A program made the position numbers and the translations under genes. A stretch of DNA of 64,000 bases, taken from contig CP075496.1 in NCBI GenBank assembly GCA_021613535.1, positions 11,346,001 to 11,410,000 of the forward strand, given 5' to 3'. Position 1 is the stretch's first letter; the number at the start of each line of letters is the position of its first letter. Below, in pieces: positions 52,376 to 64,000 of the stretch. The DNA comes from Adineta vaga. Taxonomy: Eukaryota > Animalia > Rotifera. The notes beneath the pieces are model-generated. The model was given only the letters and a program-made list of their open reading frames with translations, did not search any database and was not told where the DNA came from.

Positions 52376-54555
52376 TATTTTCTTTCTGGTTTCTCTTCTA
52401 ATTTTTTTATCTTCAATTAGAAAATCAAAAGAAAATATAACTTAAAATTTCATGTCTTTCTTTACTCAGCGTATCAATCGTCTCAAAAACACAAATATTT
52501 TTTTGTTATTATATATTTACTTTTTCAAAGAAATCATCCGCTGGGTATTTTTGATCAAAATGCAATTCTCTATTTGTCTTTTTTCTATCAGAAAAGTAAC
52601 ACGCAAAGTGTAATTCTTGACGCATATGCAAACATTTATTGTCGACGAAGAAGTATAAAAGCACTTCTATTCTCTTCTATTGATAAAAAATAAAAACAGC
52701 TATTCTCTAAAGAAAGAATATCAACAACATCATACAACGGGTATTATGTCATTGAAAGAAAAGAATCAAAATAAAGCAACTAAATACAAATCAATAAATA
52801 ATCGATTTATATTATTATTAAAAACTCATCAGGATTCTATTTAAGTAAATCGTTTATATAGAAAGGGAAAAAGGCATGCTCATTTCGACTCAATGAAAAA
52901 AAGATAAAAATAAAATAAGATCGATAAGCTTTCATATTTATATGAATTAAATGTAGTCTTGAGATTAGATTATTTACGGAAATAGAATGATAATAAGGTT
53001 AAAAAAAAGACATTCTAGCTTCTATTGTTTTCTTTTTGATTGAATGAAGTATTTCTAATCATTTTTCGCATATCTCAAATCAATGTTTTGTACAATCACA
53101 AAAAAACGGGTAAATCTCAATGATACCTTTTTTTAAATTCTGTTCTATCTATGTATCAAAGTAGATAACGATAAAGAAAAAGAATTGAAGATGACAATAA
53201 ACAATTGATATGTCCATATGGGAACAGAAAAGGTGGCAGAACTATGTGCCCTAAAATCAACAAAAGAAATCGACGTGCGAACAAGAATAAGATGCATACC
53301 AATACGATATGGGGCGTCTCTACATCGCATGATTATATATCTGTTCTTCTTCTTATTCTTGCTAGTCGTCATCTATCTCGTTACTATAGACAGACAAGAA
53401 TGTAAATACCGTCTTCTTTCTCTCTCTCTCTCTCTGCAGTTTGTACGCCCTCGATCGATATAAGCCATCACCGCTAATATCGCCAACGTACTATCATCAT
53501 CATCTTTGCATATACATCTCTATATATATGTGTATATGTACAAAGAAGAAATGCGGTTTTTCTCTTTCTTTCCACTTCTTCCTTCAATTCTACATCAAAG
53601 TAGACAAACTAGCAAGATACTTGGAATAATTATTTTCGTTAAAAAAAAAGAAAAATGAATGATAACTAAAATAACTTTGATAAAAAGAAAACAGAGAGAA
53701 ACTATTCTCATAGTTTTTAACAAAAATTATCTATATTTATTATTCTCACATCACTATGTAAACGTGTAAAGAATGAGTAGTCAAAAAAGACGATGCAACA
53801 TAATGGTGATGATGATAGAAATGGATCGAGATTGTAACTTACTTAGTTAAAATCGACAAAAAGTAAAATATCTCAAATCAAAAGAATAAAGGTCAACAAT
53901 ATCAACAACTAATTTACCGATAAAATGGAAAAAAGTCACGTCTCTTTCGAAAAAAGAAAGAAAGATGACGATGAATGAAGAGGAGGAGGAGAAAAATCGA
54001 AATGATTCTCTTAGGAGACAGAAATTACATTTATACTTGCTGAAATAGACAATTGAATATACACGAAAAGGAAAGAACAAGCAAAAAGAGATTTTCAACA
54101 GGAAAAAAAAGTAAAAATTGCGCAATCAGCAGGATTAAAACATACCAAAGAAACGAAAGAAAAAAGTTCTTTCTTTACTCTTTTTTCATCTGTTTATTCG
54201 TTCGTTCATTCGATGTCAAATGCGTCATCGTATATCGCTGATTACTTCGTTACTTTCCTTCCCTTTTAACATTACTATAAGTACAAATATCACAGAGAGG
54301 ATCTCATCTAAGTTTTGATTTGTAAATTCTTTTTTTTTTCTCATAAAATATGCAAATCGCACTACTTTCAATGAAATATTGAAAAGATCTCGAATATTCT
54401 ATGATTTATTTTTACAATTTATAGAACAATGATTACAATAGATGTCCTTAGTATAAAGTCATTTGAAAATTAAAGGCAGTTGCTAAGTGATTATATGTAA
54501 AATTAGTTTGTAGAAGGCAAAAAGAAAACAATTTAAAAGCTAAGAAAAATCAAAG

Positions 54556-57500
54556 ATGATCGTCGGAGGGTATGCTTGAATGAAATTAATTTAGTAATTA
54601 AAGAAAAAAGATTTATTTATTAGATCTGCGTCCAATTATCGTGAAATTCACAGTAAAAATCAACCAACAAAGTATGTCAAAAAAAACAAGAGAATTGAGA
54701 ATTAGAAGAAATTTATATTAGAATTGGAGAAGTTTAGAATATGAAAGTTTTCAATGTACCCGAAATTCTTTACCATTTATTTTGCCTATCTATAGGACAT
54801 TCTCTAATTGTAGAAAGACGTATCTAGGTCAGAATAATATCCTTTCTAATGGGAAAAATATCTTGAAGGTTTGCTCTAAAAATAGATAAGACTATCTATC
54901 AAAAAATCTTTCATCGCGATTTCCATAGACATTTTATTCCATAACTGCGGCATATTAAACAGAAGCAGATAAAAGCAACCTACTGTTTTACGTCTTTGTT
55001 TCTTCTCATCAAACAGAAACAAGTATTAACGAGGCATCTAATGTCAAAGTAGATAGATACATAACCTCGAAATTCTTCGAAAAGAAAAATACTTTTGATT
55101 GTTTACATATCTGTCATTATTAATTTGATGACATATTAATAAATAGTTAATTTAATCAATGAATACTTTCTAGTTTATCAACCAATGATGATCCAATCGA
55201 TAATTATCTTTCACAAGATCGAAATTCAACATTACAGACAATTCAAGAAGTTGCATCCAGCGCTTTAATTGATAGTTTAGCTGCAGAATGGTGGTCATCT
55301 AATCTTTCTCAAACTGTGATCAATGATTTACTTGAAAATCTTATTCCAATAGTCGTTTTAGGATGTGAAAAAGTAATTAATGAAGCCGATGAACGTCATT
55401 TAATTGAAACAAATACACCGGATCGATCATTTAATCCAATAAATCGTTTAGCATCATTTTTGATGCGTAATAATCCAAAATATATGCATTATTCAACATT
55501 ATCACCTTACCATTATACAATGAAAACATTATTAAATACGAAAAAGATTCAAGTTTTGAAAGTTTATGGTGAAGAAGAAACATTATTACGTACAATATTG
55601 AAACAAAGACAAACTGAGCGTATTGAACATCGCGACGAAATAAATAAAGAAGAAGAACGACGAAGAAATTCATTGAAAACATTCTTTTTCGATTGGAATG
55701 TACCAGAAAGAGGATGGATTCAAACAAAACTTGTAAGTTTAATCGTTTTCATACTATTAAATTTCAGAATTTTCGATTCTGTCTTTAGATTAACAATATG
55801 CTTGAACAATTTAATGAATTTTCAAAAGAAACTGATTCGAAACCGAATTTACCTGTATATCAATCACATCGAATGCATCTTGGAACTTTTACTGATGTAT
55901 GAAGAATGTTTTTGTGAAGGATTTCTATGAATTTTTTGTTACCATAGAATTTTTTCAATGGTTTAAAAGATCAATCAGCAAATAATTTTGATTCAATTAT
56001 TGAAATCTATCGTCGTTGTGCTCAAACATATTCGAATATTGTTCAAGAACATGAACTTGATCTTCTTTTACAACGCGTTTTTGTCCAATTGGATGACAGA
56101 CAGGTAGGTGAATACAGAAGTCTTACGAAGTCACGATCATGTCTTTTTATAGTAAGAGAAAGAGTCTCTAGTATGAGGTTTCTTATATCAGTTGAGGATA
56201 TGATGTTTAGCTAAACTCAATTCTTCATTATATAAAATCCAGAAACTTCTCATAGAATTGATCATAGTGCATGAATAACTGGATGAGATGCATTTTTTCA
56301 TTGTATCATCCATAAAGTTAATGATCTTTTTTTTAGTGTGGTTTTCTTCTTCGCAAAAACGTGATGAAAACATTAGAGAAATTTTACAATGCATTAACTG
56401 ATCAAGACAAAAAACTTGTTAATCAACCTGATGATTGTAAAAATTTATATTTCAATGTATCATTTGACTAACAAAAATATATTGTTGTAGGGCCTGTTAC
56501 AAAACAAAGCATTCCTGAGGATGATCTTCCGGAAGAAAATTCATCTGAACCTGAAAAAGTTGAAGAAGAACAACCAATCGAAATTAAAGAAGCAGAAAAA
56601 TCTTCCGGAGAACCATCAACAAACGAACAAGAAAAACCAGCAGAAGCATCGAAAACGGATGATAAAGAAAAAGCAATTGAAAGCAAAGAACCAGAAAAAC
56701 CTTCTGGAGAGCTATCAACAAATGAACAAGAAAAGCTCGTAGAAACACCGAAAACGGATGATAAAGAAAAAGCAGTTGAAGGAACTGAAATTCATGAGAA
56801 AGAGAAATCAAAAGAAGAAATAAAAACAAATGATCAACAAAAACCAGCTGAAGAACCAAAAGTAACTGAACAGGGAAAACCTGCGGATGTATCTAAATCA
56901 AATGAAAATGACAAGACACCCGAAAAATCCAAGTCTAGTGAACATAAAATGTCAGCAACAACATTAGCAGATAATCATGAAATGAAAGTTGATGAGAAAA
57001 AGAAAACAGAAGAACCCGAAGAAGAAGAGGATGAGGAAACAAAATTTACTATTGAATTAAAACAAACTTCAGCTTGTAAGTGACTTCTTTGTTTTCGATT
57101 ATGAACAAGAATGAAGAAAATTTTCACTTTTCAGACGATCCAAATTATCGTTTTACAAAAGAACAAAAATCTGTTTGTACGTTAAAATGTTCATTCTTCG
57201 ATAGGAAATATTTCATTTCTTTGCATTCTATTTTACAGATAATTTAGAACATTTTGATACAGGTGATCGAAATAAACCTGTTCCATTTGATGAAGAATTT
57301 ATCGATAGACGACAATTCAGTTCTTTACTCATATCGTTTTCTGGTTTGAAAAAAAATGATTTGATTGTATCTGCTTTGATTGATTATTTTCGAGCATCGT
57401 ACAAAGAAACTGAAGAAGATAAAACTGGAAAGAAAACTGTTGTAAGTTAATCACTAAGTCATTTTTTTTCTTCATTTGCATGCATTCTTATATTAATAGT

Positions 57501-59651
57501 TACATCAACGACTGATTGATGAACAACGACGTACTCAAACTGATTTATTATTTGATAAATTAAATATTACTTGTACAGGACTTCTTAAACTTGAACCAAT
57601 TGTTACTATACTCAAACAATATAAAGAAGGTTCAGTAGTTGATCATATCGAAGAAGGTAAACTGTTTTTCTTTTATCTGATCTATCCAAATCTTAATTAC
57701 ATTCTTTAACTTAAAGTTTCGGAAACATTTCGAGATAAACAACAATTGACAAATGAACAATTTTTTGATTTTCTCGTTAATATTCATCAAACACTCAATG
57801 ATGCATTAGGTGGTGAAGAAAGATTCGATGAACTTTTGAAATATATCGAAAGTCAACAACCACAAGTAATCATTGCAAAGAAAACAAACAACTATGTCTA
57901 AATTGCATTGTTTTTTTTTAGATGAATCCAAATGATCGCACACGTATACATACTCGTCAACAATGGTTAAAACGTATACGTAATATTCCATTTCGAACAG
58001 TTGGTCAACTTTATAAAGAAGTTATGGATATTATACAAAAAGATTCGGATACATTTGGTAATCAACCATCGAAACATTTGAGTATTTATATTGCACTCTT
58101 GGAAAATGACAAAAATCATGTACGATATGTTGCTACAACGAATGATCAAACAGATTTATTATTAGGTAAAACTTTACATCGTGATCAAGGCATTTCGTAA
58201 GTCATTACATTGAATTGAATTCGTTCATTTCTATTTGATTTTTTCAGTTTTCAAGTACTCGAAAATGGTCGATGGGCTTATATAAATCAAACAAAAAATC
58301 ATTCACGTATCCATTTTTTTAATCCTGATGCTAAACAAGATTCCGGTAGTTTTGTTCTAATGCCATTAAAACGTTTACAACGAAAATATCCGAATGGTTT
58401 ATTGGGAATCGATACATTACAAGATAAGAGAGAGAAAGCATTTTCTAAACATGAAGTTCAATTTTACGAAGGAATTACATCCATTATATCCGATACATTA
58501 ACATCACTTGATTTTCATAATAATATTATGAAGATTTTTCATCGATTTATTCATTGGATTAAACAACGAAATTTTGATGTAAGTTATCAATTGAACATTG
58601 TATATAAACAAGTAGTTTGTTTTTAGATTTCATCGATTGATTATTATTCATACGAACCTGTTTCAATAGATAATCCTCAAGAACGTATTCTTTATCATGT
58701 ATTAACTTATTCCAATCGACAAGTAATGAAATTCGAAACACCAAAAGTGATTAATAGTCGGGAACAAGTATTCAAGTAAGAGTTTTTTTTTGTAATTCTT
58801 TTCGTTTTTATTCAATAGAATAATTGTAGATATCATTTGGAATATGCTGCGACAACATGTCAATCTACAGTAACTTCATTTTTTGATCAAACACATATGA
58901 TACAAGTATTGCGTGGAAATGATAATTTCTGTTTTGCTTTAATCGATGCAAATATTGGTTTGTAATCACGAATAATTTCTCTTGTAAAATCTCAATTTTG
59001 TTATTTTTTAGGTCAAAAAGAAAAATTATCAAAAGTACAAAAAGAAGATGTTATAACCATGTTTCAATGTATTAATCGATCTGTTGATTTATTTGAACAA
59101 GAATTATTCTATGATAAATCTCGACGATTATTAAGTTATGAAAATCAATCTGAAGAATTACGTTTAAATTATCTATTTGATCGTCTTTGGTATCGTGATA
59201 CATGTAATAAATTAAAAGAATTATCATCAGAAAAAATACAAGATTTTATTAATAATCAATCGAAATGGAATGATCAAATCAAACAAATTCTATCATCAAT
59301 CAGTCTTATCATCAAAGAACGAGAAATTAAACCAGCGAATGTAAGTTAGAAATATTGTACAAGAGTATCGAATTTATATTTTCTCTTTCAGTATGCGAAT
59401 GATCTTTTTCCACTCATGCATACATTCGATCCAACACATGCAGAAAATGCTCAAAATGATGCATGGAACCAAGTTGAACAATTTGTTAAAAGTTAGTTTA
59501 ACTATCGAGTCACTTTCTTCAATTCAATGAAAATTGTATTCTAGACATAGATCCATCAAGTTGGCGACAGTCATTAGCAGATATCATGAGACTTTTTACG
59601 AATTGGTTAATTCTTGCCAATGAACTCCATGAAATTTCTACGACTCGATAA
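54556..59651 (+). CDS. EFCAB5-like protein (N-terminal FNPIN motif, EF-hand-like and GAF-like regions); 5' exons tentative
   Basis: LAAEW, LLENLIPIVVLGCEKVINEA..RSFNPINRLASFLMRNNP; GAF-like LHRDQGISF...GSFVLMPL...GLLGIDTL..FSKHEVQFYEG; exons splice in frame. Confidence 0.75.
56577..56774 (+). repeat. Two-copy 99-nt (33-aa) coding tandem repeat in E/K-rich linker
   Basis: Units start at 56577 and 56676: IEIKEAEKSSGEPSTNEQEKPAEASKTDDKEKA / IESKEPEKPSGELSTNEQEKLVETPKTDDKEKA. Confidence 0.9.
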
Positions 59652-59761
59652 AACGAAAATATATATTTGTTTTTCTTTCAAAATAAATTCATACTCTATC
59701 TTTTTTTTATTGAATACAAGAAAAATAATAATATCTGACATTGACAAGAATCTCTATTGAA

Positions 59762-62000
59762 TTATAATCGAAGAATTTGAATGTGTAAATGATCATTTAA
59801 AATAGTGCCATTGCTAATATTATCAGTTGTTTTACTAAGATGAACTTTTGCATAAGTTCCACTAGCGTTATTAATCATTGTTGAATCTTGATTTTTAACT
59901 AATCGACCAAGATTAATTGCACATACTGAATCAACAAACTATGATAGAAGAAATTTGTTTGATTGTGATAGAAAATTAATTTTATTTTCATACTTTTATA
60001 AATGGACGAAGATCTGATGCAGTAATGAATAGATGAGGTAAAGAATCTATTTTTGCATGTTCAAATGCTTGTTCATATTCGATAGAGATTGATTCATTTG
60101 GTGGAATTAATGGATAGAATCTATTTAATTAGAAAAAAAATGTAATAAATGATTTTGAGAAAAGAAAAAGAAGATTTCTTTATGTACGTACGATTGTTGT
60201 TGAAATAAATGACGAATTAATCGACACATACGATCTGTCGTTTGATTTCTATGAATATAAAATATAGTATCGATGACGAATACGATCATTTCAATGAAAC
60301 TTACGAACTAATTTCTTCTGAACTTAAATGACAAAGAATATCTGTTGATGTGATTGCACATTGAAGACCATCAATTGTTAAAATTGATGGTTCACAACCA
60401 TAGAGAAGAGTCTATTGAATGAAATGCAATGTTTTTTTTTTATTATTATATCGATAGTTTTAAACGAACGGAATCTTTAGGTTCATTGATTGAAAACGGA
60501 TAGGATGGATAAATTGAATCATGATGAATATCACGTAATGATGGAATAAGAATTGTTTTTACACGAAAACTAAAATCAAATTACAAATACGTTTTGTTAT
60601 CAAATTTCTCTACAAGATTCATCCGTTACCTTTGTATCTTTTCAATGATTTCATTGAAAACTTGTTCATAAGTTTTCTCTTGTAGATTTTGTACATAAGA
60701 TGATCGTTCATCAACAAATGGTCCAAGCTACAATCAATTTATTTCATGGTAGAACATTGTTAAAAAATAAAAATTAATACCAAGATTAACATTTGTATTG
60801 TGGAATCTTCATCTGCTCGTTTGAGAAGTTCTTCAAGTGCATTTAAATTTCCATTTGCTAGAAGAAAAGGACCAGCAGCCATCATCAGATTCAAATCATT
60901 CATGATTTTCGTTTCGATTGCTTGTGAAATCATTGGTGGCTACAACAAAAATGATCTAAATTTTTTGTTTTTCATAAATTGTTTTTCTTTCTTACAGTAG
61001 TTAATTGTTTAGCATGAAAACATCCATCATTAGTATAAATACCTGAAACCATTACAGTCTAAATTGATAGAATCATTGATAAGAAAAGTTACAAAAGAGT
61101 GATTTTATGTACTTGACCAGGAAATAACGAATAATTTGGCAATGAGGAAACATCTAATCGTACACGATTACATTTTGATGTTCGAGATGAACCTTCTAAT
61201 GTAATCGATTGAGCATTTAACTGACCAGCTGAATCACAGACAATTCGACCTACAAGTGGTACTTCATCCTAATAATCAAAAAGATATTCATTCTACTAAA
61301 AAAAGATTTTATTTGTGATCAAATTTTACTTGAACAGCATTTCCAATTGGATAAAGAACACTATTAGTTTTATCATTCTCTTTTGTATTTAACATTGTTA
61401 AAAATAAATCTTCAAATTCTTCTAATTGTTTATTAAGTGCTAAAGTTTAATCAAATAAAGAGTTGTTCCATCGGTTTCATGTGATGATGGATATATTCTT
61501 ACCATTTGCTCGTTTATAAATCGTTTGATACATATATTTATAAGGTTGAACTAAAGATTTGAATTGAATTGATGGTGTTTTTTTATTTTCACTGGTAGTT
61601 TTATTTTTTGTTTCATTTCCAATATGTTCGACAACAATTTCAGCTTTATTTAATCGAGCTTGAAATGTAGCTACATTTGGTGTATTAACTTGAGGAATAC
61701 TCGTTGAACGTACAGGAGTACTTATTGACGATGGATGACTTTTTTGTTGTTGTTGCTGTTGAAAAGGTAATGTTGGAATTGGACGACGAATATTCTATAG
61801 CAGGAAAAAAGATTTTCTTCATTTGATAAAAGACAAAGCTGACGTACTTTTGTGTCTCCCGATGAATAACTATCGAGTAGACCAGCGAGGGCATCGAATG
61901 CGATACCGGATGGTTGAAGTGTTTTTTTCTTTGGAGATTGTTCATTTTCTTGTTCCATAACATCATCATCATCAGCAGCATGCATATCAAAATCTTCCAT
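59762..62000 (-). CDS. POLA2: DNA polymerase alpha subunit B
   Basis: YKYMYQ, VGRIVCDSAGQLNAQSITLEGS, YSLFPGQ, AAGPF, LGPFVD, IPSLRDIHH..YP..PF, LSSEEIS, DRMCRL, SFYPLIPP, SDLRPFIK; exons splice in frame. Confidence 0.9.
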
Positions 62001-62137
62001 GATTAGAAATCTGAAAAATGATCAAAATGATATAATTCAAACTAAAAGATATTTATTTTGCTGAAATAAAATAATGGAAATATAAACTGTTAAAGGAAAA
62101 GTTTCATATAAGAAGAAGAATGTTTATATTTGTATAA

Positions 62138-63113
62138 TCATTTTGCCAAATCACCTTTCTTGATTGCATCAAGTACATTATTTGAAAGTGAACATGTTAA
62201 ACCTGTTCCATCTGGTTCAACAAAGACTTTCTTTACTTTATTATCTTCAATAACCATAGCATATCTAACAGTAAAAACAAATGAAAGTTGTGTGAAGAAT
62301 GTGTATAGTAAGAATTACATACCGAGATGATCGAACATTACCCAAGACAGCTGTCATATCTTTTTCGAGACCAAGAGCCTAAAATAATCCATTGTTTTCC
62401 ATTTCTTTCAATTTCTCTCTATACCTTGGTAAATTTTGCATCAGGATCTGCTAAAACTCGTACCTAACATAAATTAACATTTTTATCTTCATTGATGAAT
62501 TGAAATACAATCATTTCGATTGTCTTACTTTTCCTTGTGCATTATGCTCTTTAGCCCATGCTTGACAAACGAATGGATCATTAACTGTAACACAAACAAT
62601 CGTATCATAACCAAGCTTTTTGAAATCATTTACTGAATTAACATAACCAGGTAAATGTGTCTAAAATATCGATATGAATTCTACATGAATATTAAAGTCT
62701 CATAACATACTTTTGAGCAACCAGGAGTGACTATTTTTGTGACAAAAAAACAGAATTACTTTTAAAAATAAACTCTAATAACCAACTTACATGCACCAGG
62801 TACACCAAAGAGAACTAAAAAACATCGAAAAAAGAAATTTAACAAATAAAATTCGTACTTTACTTACGTCCTTTCTTTCCAGCAAACAGATCTTTTGTAT
62901 TCACCTTGTTTTTTGGTTCATTTTCAAATAATGTATGATTTGGTAATGTAGCTCCTTCCTAATATAGACAGAGAATTATTTTCATACGAAAACAAATAAA
63001 CTAGAACATTCATTTACTTTAATAACACCGCTACCAAATAAAAATAATGGTTTCGATGTATGAAAACTTCGAACAGCTGTTGATAATTGAATAGTTTTAC
63101 TAAGTTGAAACAT
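62138..63113 (-). CDS. PRDX5: Peroxiredoxin-5, mitochondrial presequence; 8 exons including two micro-exons
   Basis: LFGVPGAFTPGCSKTHLPGY, VNDPFV..AW, LADP, RYAMVIED, VEPDGTGLTCSL; N-terminal R/S-rich presequence (VRSFHTSKP). Confidence 0.95.
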
Positions 63114-63512
63114 ATTCGAATTTTTTCAGTTTATATGTTAACGATATGAAAACAAAAGAAAATTAGAAGAACGTAATGCAGTATCCATTATATATACATA
63201 TGCTTTCATTCCATTGGTTCATTTATGAACGAATTATCGACTGTATTCATTCTTTTGTTTCGCTTTGAGAATGAGAAGAAACAAAAAAAAGTTGCGACTT
63301 GTGGTTTCTTGAATATTAACAAGAATGTGGACTAATTTGAATTTAATTTCCATATTCAGTGAATTTTGTCTTTATTTAATTGTTGATAATATAACAAAAT
63401 TTATCATTCTTCATAATCGGTATGTAATTACACTTGTTATTTGATTTGAAAACAAAAAAAAACTTTAATTTTTAGAAAAGAAAAACGTTTCAACATATTA
63501 ACCTATGAATGT

Positions 63513-64000
63513 ATGACATTGGGTTTTTTCATTGGATTCTTTTCATTGTATTATCATATACCATATGTATTGATGTTCTTCTTGGCAATTCATATTATTG
63601 GAGTACTTTATTCAGAAAATGGGTTGAGAAGAATTAAAGATTTAGTATTAATATTGCTTGACATCTTTCAAACAATCATTAAAAGTTTGCTGAATGGAAT
63701 TTTCAGTATTTACTTTCGAGGAACTTCTTCGAAAATATCAGGAATAAAACCTATTCCTAAAGAATATTTATACAATTTTCATTTGAAACCAACCAATGAT
63801 CTTCGACTTCAGCAAGTATGAATTGACTTTTTGAGTTTAGTTAGTAAATAGCATGATCGATTGTTCGATTCTTTTTTTCTGTAATTGATAGTCATCATTT
63901 ATTCAAACATTACCAAGGCCCGGTATTTTCAATCTTCATGGTACAACTTGTTCGTTAAATGCTTTACTACAAAGTTTAGCATCATTGAATGGTTTTTATT
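63513..64000 (+). CDS. Ubiquitin-specific protease with N-terminal TM region, USP30-like (3'-truncated)
   Basis: Hydrophobic N-terminus; after intron 63816-63891 the USP Cys-box PGIFNLHGTTCSLNALLQSLAS. Confidence 0.7.

Noticed and set aside
53145-54241. Short ORFs between SPATS2-like and EFCAB5-like, including a possible spliced mini-ORF at ~53790-54048
   Set aside because: No recognisable motif and no in-frame link to EFCAB5; likely UTR or promoter sequence
1-64000. CRISPR arrays, rRNA/tRNA genes, intact transposase or RT genes, prokaryotic systems
   Set aside because: None seen by eye; the window is spliceosomal-intron-containing animal DNA (tRNAscan/Infernal not run)

Overview
AT-rich, gene-dense eukaryotic (animal) genomic DNA with many short GT-AG introns, mostly ~50-60 nt. 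Intron size, base composition and CGA/CGT-rich codon usage suggest a bdelloid rotifer (inference, not proven). By manually splicing exons I reconstruct about 21 protein-coding loci: a partial LRRC14/PRAME-like LRR gene, a type-II membrane glycosyltransferase-like gene, TBX1-like T-box, a TRPM channel, an intronless claudin/PMP22-like tetraspan, LIPT1, an RVxF-containing disordered protein, a SoHo+3xSH3 CAP/SORBS gene containing a nested 2.7-kb ORF, NMDA receptor GluN1, a calmodulin-like gene, PPP1R16/MYPT3, two tandem stand-alone KCTD-CTD/GFRP-like genes, a DRAK/STK17 kinase, LRRC74-like, SPATS2-like, EFCAB5-like, POLA2, PRDX5 and a partial USP30-like gene. I found no rRNA, tRNA, CRISPR array or intact transposon. 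Most ORF-track entries are exon fragments or antisense shadows. Main oddities: a putative trans-spliced PRDX5-POLA2 operon, BTB-less KCTD-CTD/GFRP-like paralogs, an N-site Asn->Ser GluN1, a giant nested ORF or alternative first exon, active sites encoded on micro-exons, and several apparent frame-breaking indels (real lesions or assembly errors).
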